A stretch of 64,000 nt of DNA, taken from NCBI GenBank assembly GCA_032718475.1, contig JAUCBJ010007175.1, positions 60,290-124,289 of the forward strand. The letters are read 5' to 3'. Of this stretch, positions 17,001 to 30,300 are shown piece by piece. The position numbers and the translations under genes are program-made. Positions within the stretch are counted from its first letter, which is position 1, and each line of letters opens with the position of its first letter. This stretch comes from Nemertoderma westbladi (Eukaryota; Animalia; Xenacoelomorpha). The notes beneath the pieces were generated by a model that had not been told where the DNA came from, ran no database searches, and worked only from the letters and a program-made list of their open reading frames with translations.

Positions 17001-20000
17001 TTTATGTGTTTTATCATATACAGGAATATATTGATATGTTTTATCGTATACAGGAATATATTTATGTGTTTTATCATATACAGGAATATATTGATGTGTT
17101 TTATCATATACAGGAATATATTGATATGTTTTATCGTATACAGGAATATATTGATATGTTTTATCGTATACAGGAATATATTTATGTGTTTTATCATATA
17201 CAGGAATATATTTATGTGTTTTATCATATACAGGAATATATTTATGTGTTTTATCATATACAGGAATATATTTATGTGTTTTATCATATACAGGAATATA
17301 TTTATGTGTTTTATCATATACAGGAATATATTTATGTGTTTTATCATATACAGGAATATATTTATGTGTTTTATCATATACAGGAATATATTTATGTGTT
17401 TTATCATATACAGGAATATATTTATGTGTTTTATCATATACAGGAATATATTTATGTGTTTTATCATATACAGGAATATATTTATGTGTTTTATCATATA
17501 CAGGAATATATTTATGTGTTTTATCATATACAGGAATATATTGATGTGTTTTATCGTATACAGGAATATATTGATATGTTTTATCGTATACAGGAATATA
17601 TTGATATGTTTTATCGTATACAGGAATATATTTATGTGTTTTATCATATACAGGAATATATTTATGTGTTTTATCATATACAGGAATATATTGATGTGTT
17701 TTATCATATACAGGAATATATTGATATGTTTTATCGTATACAGGAATATATTTATGTGTTTTATCATATACAGGAATATATTTATGTGTTTTATCATATA
17801 CAGGAATATATTTATGTGTTTTATCATATACAGGAATATATTTATGTGTTTTATCATATACAGGAATATATTTATGTGTTTTATCATATACAGGAATATA
17901 TTTATGTGTTTTATCATATACAGGAATATATTGATATGTTTTATCGTATACAGGAATATATTGATGTGTTTTATCATATACAGGAATATATTGATATGTT
18001 TTATCGTATACAGGAATATATTTATGTGTTTTATCATATACAGGAATATATTTATGTGTTTTATCATATACAGGAATATATTTATGTGTTTTATCATATA
18101 CAGGAATATATTTATGTGTTTTATCGTATACAGGAATATATTGATGTGTTTTATCGTATACAGGAATATATTGATGTGTTTTATCGTATACAGGAATATA
18201 TTGATATGTTTTATCGTATACAGGAATATATTGATATGTTTTATCGTATACAGGAATATATTGATATGTTTTATCGTATACAGGAATATATTTATGTGTT
18301 TTATCATATACAGGAATATATTGATGTGTTTTATCGTATACAGGAATATATTGATGTGTTTTATCATTAATTATACAGGAATATATTTATGTGTTTTATC
18401 ATATACAGGAATATATTTATGTGTTTTATCATATACAGGAATATATTTATGTGTTTTATCATATACAGGAATATATTTATGTGTTTTATCATATACAGGA
18501 ATATATTTATGTGTTTTATCATATACAGGAATATATTTATGTGTTTTATCATATACAGGAATATATTTATGTGTTTTATCATATACAGGAATATATTTAT
18601 GTGTTTTATCATATACAGGAATATATTTATGTGTTTTATCATATACAGGAATATATTTATGTGTTTTATCATATACAGGAATATATTTATGTGTTTTATC
18701 ATATACAGGAATATATTGATATGTTTTATCGTATACAGGAATATATTTATGTGTTTTATCATATACAGGAATATATTTATGTGTTTTATCATATACAGGA
18801 ATATATTTATGTGTTTTATCATATACAGGAATATATTGATGTGTTTTATCGTATACAGGAATATATTTATGTGTTTTATCATATACAGGAATATATTTAT
18901 GTGTTTTATCATATACAGGAATATATTGATATGTTTTATCGTATACAGGAATATATTTATGTGTTTTATCATATACAGGAATATATTGATGTGTTTTATC
19001 GTATACAGGAATATATTGATATGTTTTATCGTATACAGGAATATATTGATATGTTTTATCGTATACAGGAATATATTTATGTGTTTTATCATATACAGGA
19101 ATATATTTATGTGTTTTATCATATACAGGAATATATTGATGTGTTTTATCATATACAGGAATATATTGATATGTTTTATCGTATACAGGAATATATTTAT
19201 GTGTTTTATCATATACAGGAATATATTTATGTGTTTTATCATATACAGGAATATATTTATGTGTTTTATCATATACAGGAATATATTTATGTGTTTTATC
19301 ATATACAGGAATATATTTATGTGTTTTATCATATACAGGAATATATTTATGTGTTTTATCATATACAGGAATATATTGATATGTTTTATCGTATACAGGA
19401 ATATATTGATGTGTTTTATCATATACAGGAATATATTGATATGTTTTATCGTATACAGGAATATATTTATGTATTTTATCATATACAGGAATATATTTAT
19501 GTGTTTTATCATATACAGGAATATATTTATGTGTTTTATCATATACAGGAATATATTTATGTGTTTTATCGTATACAGGAATATATTGATGTGTTTTATC
19601 GTATACAGGAATATATTGATGTGTTTTATCGTATACAGGAATATATTGATATGTTTTATCGTATACAGGAATATATTGATATGTTTTATCGTATACAGGA
19701 ATATATTGATATGTTTTATCGTATACAGGAATATATTTATGTGTTTTATCATATACAGGAATATATTGATGTGTTTTATCGTATACAGGAATATATTGAT
19801 GTGTTTTATCATATACAGGAATATATTTATGTGTTTTATCATATACAGGAATATATTTATGTGTTTTATCATATACAGGAATATATTTATGTGTTTTATC
19901 ATATACAGGAATATATTTATGTGTTTTATCATATACAGGAATATATTTATGTGTTTTATCATATACAGGAATATATTTATGTGTTTTATCATATACAGGA

Positions 20001-21210
20001 ATATATTTATGTGTTTTATCATATACAGGAATATATTGATATGTTTTATCGTATACAGGAATATATTTATGTGTTTTATCATATACAGGAATATATTGAT
20101 GTGTTTTATCATATACAGGAATATATTGATATGTTTTATCGTATACAGGAATATATTGATATGTTTTATCGTATACAGGAATATATTTATGTGTTTTATC
20201 ATATACAGGAATATATTTATGTGTTTTATCATATACAGGAATATATTGATGTGTTTTATCATATACAGGAATATATTGATATGTTTTATCGTATACAGGA
20301 ATATATTTATGTGTTTTATCATATACAGGAATATATTTATGTGTTTTATCATATACAGGAATATATTTATGTGTTTTATCATATACAGGAATATATTTAT
20401 GTGTTTTATCATATACAGGAATATATTTATGTGTTTTATCATATACAGGAATATATTTATGTGTTTTATCATATACAGGAATATATTTATGTGTTTTATC
20501 GTATACAGGAATATATTGATGTGTTTTATCATATACAGGAATATATTTATGTGTTTTATCATATACAGGAATATATTTATGTGTTTTATCATATACAGGA
20601 ATATATTTATGTGTTTTATCATATACAGGAATATATTTATGTGTTTTATCATATACAGGAATATATTTATGTGTTTTATCATATACAGGAATATATTTAT
20701 GTGTTTTATCATATACAGGAATATATTTATGTGTTTTATCGTATACAGGAATATATTGATGTGTTTTATCATATACAGGAATATATTTATGTGTTTTATC
20801 GTATACAGGAATATATTTATGTGTTTTATCATATACAGGAATATATTTATGTGTTTTATCATATACAGGAATATATTTATGTGTTTTATCGTATACAGGA
20901 ATATATTGATGTGTTTTATCGTATACAGGAATATATTGATATGTTTTATCGTATACAGGAATATATTGATGTGTTTTATCATATACAGGAATATATTTAT
21001 GTGTTTTATCATATACAGGAATATATTTATGTGTTTTATCGTATACAGGAATATATTTATGTGTTTTATCATATACAGGAATATATTTATGTGTTTTATC
21101 GTATACAGGAATATATTGATATGTTTTATCGTATACAGGAATATATTGATATGTTTTATCATATACAGGAATATATTTATGTGTTTTATCATATACAGGA
21201 ATATATTGAT
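2050..21210 (+). repeat. Intronic 30-bp minisatellite/satellite, ~640 units, consensus GAATATATT(T/G)AT(G/A)TGTTTTATC(A/G)TATACAG
   Basis: Directly visible tandem array with three polymorphic sites and rare indel units. The last unit runs straight into exon C. The long ORFs here arise from the 30-bp period. Confidence 0.98.
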
Positions 21211-21339
21211 GCTGCTATGAAAAATGTGAATGAATCGGTTGAGCCAGTTAATGAGTTAATAACTCGATTCAACAAGACGGAGGAACTTGTTGTAGAGAAG
21301 GCTGAGATTATAAATAAAGCCTATGCGAAAGCTGCTGAC
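21199..21339 (+). CDS. Host gene exon C, coiled-coil (probable laminin beta)
   Basis: Acceptor is the CAG of the last satellite unit (21196-21198) and the donor is GTGAGT at 21340. 141 nt, phase 0/0, matching both neighbours. Peptide EYIDAAMKNVNESVEPVNELITRFNKTEELVVEKAEIINKAYAKAAD. Confidence 0.8.
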
Positions 21340-21894
21340 GTGAGTAAATATTTTATGGTAATTTAAATAATTTATGTGTGGCAAACCAACCAATATAATT
21401 CTGAGACTTCTATATACTAAGAATAGTAAAGGAAAGTTACTCGACAAAGAAAATAATATAAATAAGAACTTTGTATCACCTAAAGTTAGTGAATGTTAAC
21501 GGTGTCCGGGCAATTGCGACCCATGATTTTATTAAATTTCCTGGGTCGAAATTGTACGGGTAGCTCAGCTACATTTAAATTACTGTAGCTACATTTTAAA
21601 ATAGCGACTACATTATTCGCAATGTTATATTCTGAAATGCTTTTTATATTAATTTTACTAATTGTATTATAATTACTGTAGCTACATTTAATTACAACAG
21701 CTACATTGGAACAAAAGGGAGGGTTGGCCATACATTATTTGCCATTAGATATTCTGGAATGCTTAGAATTAAAATTAATTGTTTTGGCATAACCTACGTA
21801 TATTGTTAACATTGTTCATGCGTCATTTTTTTTACTAGCTATTGATATAATATATTTATTCTATATAATGTTTTATGAGTTATTATTTATGATC

Positions 21895-22223
21895 GGGTCG
21901 CAATTGTTCCGGTCGCAATTGTCCGTGTCGCAATTGTCCGGGTCGCAATTGTTCCGGTCGCAATTGTCCGGGTCGCGATTGTCCGGGTCGTAATTGTCCG
22001 GGTCGCAATTGTCCGGGTCGCGATTGTCCGGGTCGTAATTGTCCGGGTCGCAATTGTCCGGGTCGCAATTGTCCGGGTCGCAATTGTCCGGGTCGCAATT
22101 GTCCGGGTCGCGATTGTCCGAGTCGCGATTGTCCGGGTCGCAATTGTCCGGGTCGTAATTGTCCGGGTCGCAATTGTCCGGGTCGCAATTGTCCGGGTCG
22201 TAATTGTCCGGGTCGCAATTGTT
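21895..22223. repeat. 15-bp tandem repeat GGGTCGCAATTGTCC (~22 units) in the intron
   Basis: Directly visible. An inverted copy of the unit (CCGGGCAATTGCGACCC) lies at ~21506-21522. Confidence 0.95.
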
Positions 22224-22386
22224 CTAACTTCAATTTTAACTAACCCGTCTTGAGTGAGTTTTGCACGGGTTTGCAGGTTTCGAACAGGAAGACAAAGGAA
22301 GCGATTGTTCTAATTTCCTTTACACAGAAGTAGTAAATAATTTTTAAACAAATCTTGTCACAAATCTCGTTCGTTTTTTTCTGTAG

Positions 22387-22602
22387 TTGAGGGAGGAAAC
22401 AAGGAAAGTGGAAGACGCAATAAACGACGATCAAATAGAATTAGATGAGTTGAGTAAGCGACATGATGAGAAGGCTAAAGGGCTGAAAGATATGGAAGAG
22501 GAACTCATTAGATTGAATAAGGAGCTTGAGAAGGAGGTCGCTGATATGATAGCCAAGGAGAAGTTCTACAGAACATGCGTATCTAAACCACCCATCGATT
22601 AA
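22387..22602 (+). CDS. Host gene terminal exon D, laminin beta-like C-terminus
   Basis: Acceptor TTTTTTTCTGTAG, phase 0, TAA stop. The coiled coil ends ...EVADMIAKEKFYRTC..., resembling the terminal Y-x-x-C motif of laminin beta chains. Family call is from motif recognition only. Confidence 0.7.
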   Translation: MREETRKVEDAINDDQIELDELSKRHDEKAKGLKDMEEELIRLNKELEKEVADMIAKEKFYRTCVSKPPID

Positions 22603-22807
22603 CTTAATTAAAACTTTTAGTAATTATTGTTCATTATTATTATTATTATTGTTATTTTCATTGAATTTTTAGTTGGCGGTCCCATTTTGACAAGTAGACA
22701 CATCTTATTCTTATCTTTAAATAATATTTTATGCATCGGAGATTATACTTTTTTTTTATAGAGTGTCTATTTGTTTAAATCTGTTAATCGGTTAATCTTG
22801 AACACAC

Positions 22808-23365
22808 TGTGACGGGATCCAAGGAGGATCCCGGTTTATCCGCGGTTATTATAAGTACGCGTCCCCGCCGTGTGAATGTGAAAAGAGTCTAAGAGTTCTG
22901 ATGTTATTGATTCTCCGATATATGTATAATGTAATGGGTATAGTATAAATGGATACAGTATAGATGGTTGAAGTACAAAGAGTTATTACGGTATGCACAG
23001 ATAAAATGGTGGTAGGTGAGGACGGTCTTAGAAGTCTCCGCTCTACCCTAGCTAACCGACTAATACAATGAGATAACTGATTACAGTAACATGGTACCTA
23101 ATAATATATATTGCACGGTTTGGCCGTCGTTACACCTAGCCGGTGCCTTCCCCCCATTGGCTAATATCCCTGTTGGCGCCCTTTGGAGTGTTTCCCCTCA
23201 CTCCTGCTATTCTCTCTCTGTCAGGGGTATGGCCCCTGACCCCTATTGTGCGTTTCTCCTTCCCACTTTGTTGGGGTGACACGAGGTTGGGTAATCAACC
23301 TCGTGTTCCCAATATTGCTTAATGGCTCACTTTATGGGGTGTTAGCGGAATTGGATAAGCTAACA
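22808..23365 (-). repeat. 3' LTR of the outer element (558 bp)
   Basis: TG...CA termini. Near-identical to 51787-52334, with about three substitutions and one 3-bp indel seen. Confidence 0.9.
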
Positions 23366-23374
23366 CTCCCCCCC
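23366..23374 (-). promoter_or_regulatory. Polypurine tract of the outer element
   Basis: GGGGGGGAG on the - strand immediately before the TG of the 3' LTR. Confidence 0.8.
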
Positions 23375-23899
23375 ATGCTATCTTCCCGGTGAGAAGATAG
23401 CATCCTCCTCAAGTGCGCTACAATTCCGCTGGATCCCGATCTAGTATCGGGTGTGGGGTGGAACTATTTTCTCTCGGAGCCGGCTTTCCAGGCCGACCCC
23501 TATGGGTATGATAATGCTACCCGGTTCGCCTGGCGTCCCATGTCGGGCCGATCGTGCGCTCCTCTCACACGACTTTTGTTTCCCCAGCACTTTCGCCACT
23601 CTAACTCTACTCTACTCTCACCCCAACTCTTACACTCTCGGACCTCTTCGTCCCTTAATCTGCCTCTTACTTCTCCCCCCCCCCCACACTTGAATTGCGC
23701 TCGCACTCTCTCTATACCCTAAGGCCCTAATCTCTAATGCTACCCCTGTGCTATCATACTATCTACCTACTACTTACTTGATAACTATCTAACTCTCTTA
23801 CTATCTACTAACTCTCCGACTCTAACTAGCTCTACTAAGTCTAACTAACTCCTAACTCTCTACTTCTACTAACTCCCTCTAACTCTTACCAACTCTTCT

Positions 23900-25430
23900 A
23901 ACTACGTGGCGCTTAGGGTGCCCACGACCCCTCTACTACTAACTCTAACTAAAACCCCCTAAGTCTACCAACTCTCTAGCCCTTTAACTAGAACTCTAAC
24001 TCTACCCACTCTTCTAACTACGTGGCGCTTGCGGTGCCCACAACCACTCTACTATCTGGCACCCTATGTGCCTGTCTCTACTACTCTACTACCTGGCACC
24101 CTATGTGCCCTCTCTACTATTCTACTCTCTGGCACCCTATGTGCCCTCTCTACTACTCTACTACCTCTAACTCTCTAACTCTACTACCTGGCACCCTATG
24201 TGCCCTCTCTACTACTCTACTCTCTGGCACCCTATGTGCCCTCTCTACTACTTCTAACACTCTAACTCTACTACTTGGCACCCTATGTGCCCTCTCTACT
24301 ACTCTACTCTATCTACATCTTACTCCCTTTCGTCTACTCGACTGCACGTGACGCTCTGAGTGCCGGCAGAGTGGGTACGTTAATTATGTGAACTACTACT
24401 AACTCTTACTAACTCTACTAACTCAACTAACTCTACTAACTCTCTACTAACTCAACTAACTCTACTACTAACTCTACTAACTCAACTAACTCTACTACTA
24501 ACTTCTTGTGCCCGGCACCTCTTGTGCCCGGCACCCACCCTAATTAACATACCCTGCTCTTACATCAAACACGTCATCACGTCCGTGCCCCACTAAGTTC
24601 AACGCATCCCCTACTAACTCTAACTACGTGGCGCTTGCGGTGCCCACAACCACTCTGCTTACTACTTCCTACGTGGCGCTTACGGTGCCCACAACCTCTA
24701 CTGAGGCTACTACTTTCTACGTGGCGCTTATGGTGCCCACAACCCTCTACTGCTCTACTAACTTTCTAACTAACGGTACTACGTACCCTCTTACTAACTA
24801 TACCCCTAACACTCCTAACTAACGGTACTACGTACCCTCTTACTAACTATACCTCTAACACTCCTAACTAACGGTACTACATACCCTCTTACTAACTCCT
24901 CTAACACTCCCTACTAACGGTACTACGTACCCTCTTACTAACTCTAACTGACTAACGGTACTACGTACCCTCTAACTAACTCCTCTAACACTCCCTACTA
25001 ACGGTACTACGTACCCTCTTACTAACTCTAACTGACTAACGGTACTACGTACCCTCTAACTAACTCTAACTAACTAACGGTACTACTCTCTTACTACCTA
25101 ACTTCTACCTACTAACGGTACTACGTACCCTCTCACTAACTTCTCTAACTCTCTCTACTAACTAATGGTACTACGTACCCTCTTACTAACTTCTAACTCC
25201 ACTAACTAACGGTACTACGTACCCTCTTACCAACTTCTCTAACTCTCTCTACTAACTAACGGTACTACGTACCCTCTTACTAACTTATCTAACTCTCTCT
25301 ACTAACTAACGGTACTACGTACCCTCTTACTAACTAACTAACCTCTCTAACTAACGGTACTACGTACCCTCTAACTCTTACTCTCTCTAACTAACGGTAC
25401 TACTCTCGTACTGCCTAACTTCTACCTACT
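23900..25430. repeat. Degenerate interspersed-tandem repeats in the 3' non-coding interior of the outer element
   Basis: Multiple copies of CTACGTGGCGCTT.CGGTGCCCACAAC, GGCACCCTATGTGCC and CTAACGGTACTACGTACCCTCT, separated by CTA-rich spacers. Confidence 0.85.
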
Positions 25431-25460
25431 TTATTATTTAATTATTTTTATTAATTTTAA

Positions 25461-26024
25461 TTAAATAATTATTTTCCGTGGGAAGGGCGTCTCGCCCTCA
25501 TTTCCACCCCCCTCAGTCCAAAACATTGGACGACTAAAAACTCTCAGGTGCCCCTTCTTCCAGTAGGCACTCTCCCACTGCCCTCCTATACGTCCTCTAA
25601 CTCTTCGCCACACTCTCTTCGATATTACCTCTGCTGGCCTCCCCTTTCGTATGTGCGCTGGCATTAAAGGCCTCGACGACCCCCGCTCGTACCTCGGTAT
25701 ACACGACGTCTGCCCATGTAATGCCCCCTCGCACTGTGTCAGTCCTGCGTGTGTATGCAACACGCCTCCTTCTACTTTCCCGTCTCCTTTATGTTTGCTC
25801 ATGGGCTTCTCTGCCCCTGGTCTAGTCCTTTCACATCCTCTCCCTTTCCAACACTCTCCGGATCTGTGTCCTTTCACCACACATCGATGACATAGTCCGT
25901 TTGCGTCTGTGTAGGCTACACGATCTCGTTTGGGCAACGCTTGCCAGTGCTTACAACTCCTGGTCTTATGGGTTCCGTCCCGATGTAATTGACATTCGAA
26001 TCCTGGATTATAGCGTTTCCTGTA
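25461..26024 (-). pseudogene. gag: Gag zinc-knuckle region of the outer element
   Basis: Reads ...ECQLHRDGTHKTRSC...DRVAY...GLCHRCVVKGHRSGEC, a BEL-type tandem knuckle arrangement. Cut upstream by the inner element. Confidence 0.7.
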
Positions 26025-26029
26025 TAGTC

Positions 26030-27264
26030 TGTTCGCGCTTTCAGACCTTTGGCAGTTTAACCCGCCAAATTAGGATGTCTTTTAGATAATAAATCACTTT
26101 TAGCCTATGACAAGTATTTGATTCACTACACTAGTCGAAACCAATCTGTGCGCGATCATTCACCCGCTGGATATACCCGGGAGATTGGGTTCGACGGCTT
26201 AATCTTATTGCTATGTAAGCCTAATGTATTATTCGACTGACAGTATTATATAATCTCTGACAATATTATTCACCTTCGGGAAATATTAACAGTTCCTTTA
26301 GGACGTGGCGCTCTATCTATATAAACAGAGTTATGACTTAAACTACTCACAACGATATGGCTTAGTTATAATTCACATATATGGCGCATTCTTTAGGAAA
26401 TGCTTCGTTATCAGTCTCACTCATACACAATGCTGCACAATACTGCACACTAATCTGCCGATCTTCACTGATTTTAGTCACATATAAAAGGAACACGGAC
26501 CGACTCATGTAGGGTCTATCAAATAACATTAGATTCACTTCAAACCACTTTAACATAAGTCACAATCGTTATATATAACCTTTCTCTCTTACCTTCGGTA
26601 TATCAAGAATATTGGGTTTCGGGGTTATTTATCGTTATTCCAAATATAATAATTCATCAACCATATTATGAAGGACCGACAGTAAATAGCAGTATAACAA
26701 TAGAATGTAAACACAGTGTTTGATTAGGTATGGTATGTTATGATTTGAGTTGAGTTGTTATGCAGTTTGCAGTCAGTGTTTGCAGTGAGATAACGGATAT
26801 ATGTCCTTATAATTAAGCCTACTAGTGTTAGGCTAAAAACAGAACAGCACAAAATATTTCCAAGCCGTTCTCTCCTGGCTCAGAACAGAATGTAAACACT
26901 GCACATAAAGCATTACGTGATTTCTAGGAAATTTCTCTACAAGAGCCATAAAAATGCTCTGATTGGCTGACTGAACTGAGAGACGCCGTAGAACAAAGAA
27001 AATCAACACATATGAATATCAGCTGTTAACCGTCGTCATAGTAACTACTGTTCAAGAGTAGCTATCACCTTTTGCGTCACGAATTGCCATAGAATCATCA
27101 ACTATGCCTTCCACAGTACACGTACGGAGGAAATAGCTCTTAGATCCTCTAAAAAACACCAATACAGTAATAATACGGTCTCTTACACTTATTAAATCAA
27201 CTACAGAGTATTTTAATGTAAAAGATAATAAAAATAACGGGGCAATTCAGCAAAGGCTTTTACA
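26030..27264 (-). repeat. 3' LTR of the inner BEL element
   Basis: TGTTCG...TTTACA. Matches 44925-48272 apart from the LINE insert; only one substitution noticed. A purine-rich GGGAGCGG (PPT) precedes it on the - strand at 27265-27272. Confidence 0.95.
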
Positions 27265-27342
27265 CCGCTCCCAGAAAATGGGATTTTCAGTCTATAAAAT
27301 ATAAAAATCACAGTTTCTAAAACCTAAAGATACTCTAAACAG

Positions 27343-30300
27343 TTAGTCTTTCTTACGCGGACGGCGTTTACGCAGTTTCGTGAGGCTAGCAAGAGTCCTT
27401 TTCTCTTTGGGGCGAGCCACTTTACGAGGAGGGCTGTAGCTCCTAGGCGAAGGGTGCAATTCAATTGCATCAGAAGGTGTAGGGTTACGATCGGTATACC
27501 CGCCGGTCGAAGTGCCTGGTTGATTAATATCAACCTCGGGGGAGCGAGGTCTAACGGCCTTTAGGGCGCGTCTCAGGACAGCAGCTCCTACGGGTCCTTG
27601 ACGGGTCGTCTGGACACTAGCAGTGGGTGGACCGTGAGTGTTGAGGAACTTTCTCGGTTTAATGGTTCTCTCCAGCTCGCGTTCTCGGGTTCGATATTCA
27701 TATGGTCGCCGAGATACTTCCTGTAGTTCAGGATGCGAGTTCACAAAGATGTCGCCATACTCGGGGTCCTGACGGATAAAATTGATCAGGTGATATGTGG
27801 TTATATCATTAGGGTTAACGTTTCTAAGGTATTTTCTGACAAACTTGGTGGAAATACACTCACCAACACGCTTCATTAACTCGTAACTTGGTACGCGTGT
27901 TTTCTGTTCAATCGACGCGAAGAGATAAGGATGGAACGCGTAAACTCCTTCGTAAGCTCGTCCAGGGTAATAGCGATGTCGAGATTCGCAATGTAAATCC
28001 GCGTTCGCTTCCCAAGCTCGGATGTATCGCAGGGTGATTATCTCGTCTACACTCTCTAAATCGCGATTAAAGGGACAATTGTAACTTTCATGTCCTTTGA
28101 GTTGACAGTAGTGACATTGAGTCATAAATTGTGGGCAGACGGCAAAGATATGAGAGTTATTAAGTCTGCAATAAGCACAATATATTTCCATCATCGGTTG
28201 TTCGAGGAAATAGGAACAAGGTACGCTCGAGTCTAGAGGGGTGAAGTGGTCTCTCGATGCGCATAATCGACAACGTTTTCGAGAAACGTAGTTGGCGTGT
28301 CGATAATCGTACGCTGTGAGACGTTGTGGACCTTGATACCACTCTATGACATAATCATTGTCACTGCTCCGGGAAGTTGTAGGCTGAATCGCTTCTGATT
28401 CCAAGCACACTGGTTCATCCTCCAGCTGTATAGACGAAGTGGGTGCGTCTGTTTCAGTAAGTGGATCCACTGTCTGTATTTCCACGACAGAATAACCTGT
28501 ACTACTACTACTACTAGGATCGGCATGCTGCATTGCAGCTGCATTTTTAAGAATGCTGTGCCGGCTTAACCTGTAGGTATTCGGGGTCTTTGTATAACAG
28601 ATGAATGTAAGTTCTGTATACAAACGTCTTGAAACACGGCAAATCCAGCGCTACTCAGTTTCTCCGCAGCTGAGTCTCTCAGACTGAGTTTGGTCAGCGC
28701 GCGATCCTTGAACTGACTATCGACGTTACGGAACGGAGTCAGAAAGCGCCGGAAACATTCGAAACGTATGAACTTATTATGTTCGTCTAACTTGGCGAGT
28801 TTAGTTCCAAGTATTAATGGATGAGCGCGTATGGTACGACTGCACACATCGGCTAGCCAACCGGCAAGTGCTGCGTTTTCAAAGATCGTGTATATAGCTA
28901 AGGAAGGGCGAAGTGGAACACTCATAAAGCTATATACGGCACCAGGCGCAGTTAATGGTCCATCAAAATATAAACGAGAGTAATGATCTCCATATACTTG
29001 CTGGTAATTGGTAGGATTTCCAACTTTGAAATTCCATCCATATTCTTGAAAGGCAAGATGTCCGATGGATGTCCGTTGTACCTTAGTAATGTCGCTGGGT
29101 GTATTGGCATACATAGTGCGAAAGAAACCTCGGCCTTCGGCCCAAGGAGCAATCAGCTGAGTATCAACGAAAGGGTATGGAATGTTTTCCATATTCCGGA
29201 AGTCGTTTTGGAGATCTCCATAAACAGCTGAGCCGATTTTTAGGATTCTTTCGTTAAACAACATTTCGAGCACGGGTTGGGGTAACATTGATCCGTCGAT
29301 ACCCATGGCCGGTTTGCGCTCGGTGTCGGTGACGTAACGCTGCGCGAGCTCGAATTGTCCATGTCGAAGTTTCTTTTGTGTCTCCGTAAGGGTTTCAAAA
29401 GAATAATCAATCACGTCGGAACACGCTCGAGTGAATACGTGGGTAGAACCAGCGAGTCCTCGTATATGTATCATTCGCGTAGTTCCTAGTTCTCCCACCG
29501 GAACGCTACCTTCGTTGTCATAAGTAACAACGCCATACATCTCGATAACGTTAAGAGTCTCGTTCCATTCTTTAGTGGCGTTTTCGAGAGTCATTCCCAC
29601 TGGATGCCACAAAGTAGCGCATTCGCTAGCATTGGGTAAATCTCTATACTTTAAGCATTGTGTAGTATAGGTTTCCACATCTCCATATCGTTTTATTCTT
29701 TCTTCCTCGAATAACACGTCAAGATTCCAGTGTACCAATCGAGTTTTAATGAATCCATCAAGATTGTACGGAGGTAATATTTCTTTCTCTATTCTGGAAA
29801 TATTATACGGTTTTCGAAATGAGTTTAGTTTAACCAGCTGATCTAGATGTTTTTGTAGTTGTTCGAGTTCGACGAGGTCGAGAGGATTGATCAATGGTAG
29901 AAACTTCAGACTATGCGTAGGATCTTCTGGTTTTACCATGTAATATTGCTTTAAATTGACGTAATAAGGATGATCCTTAATTCCATAAAATGAGTCCGGC
30001 AAAGGTCTAGCGCGTATGTTAACATCGTGTACCATGCGACGGACAAGATCCGCTCTATTGTCCGGAGGCTCAACAAGTACACCATCGACACGAGCAGCCG
30101 CTATGGGTGGACGTTGTATCATAGGAGCGTCAGCAATGAGCTCGTGAGATCTGAGATCAGTATTAACCGGTTGAGGCTGTACCGTAGCAAAGAGCTTGTC
30201 TTTAAACTGAGGAACCATCGAGGGGTGGAGGATCGTTTTGGAATAGAGATCCGTCACGAGAATTTGAGTTTCTGGTTGGGCTAAAGCAGCTTCTTCCCTC

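Noticed and set aside
2050-21210. CRISPR-like array, or alternating 12-nt exons and 18-nt GT-AG mini-introns, or recursive splice sites
   Set aside because: There are no unique spacers or cas genes. 18-nt introns are below the size seen in this gene and many units start with AT. Junctions are AG|GA, not the AG|GT of recursive sites.
1917-21220. Very long ORFs (up to 2287 aa) on both strands, such as (MIKHINIFLY)n and (MCFIIYRNIF)n
   Set aside because: They follow from a 30-bp unit that is stop-free in most frames and are open on both strands at once. Only the frame joining exon C has any possible relevance.
21883-22233. (QLRPG)n ORF
   Set aside because: Translation of the 15-bp intronic tandem repeat on the antisense strand.
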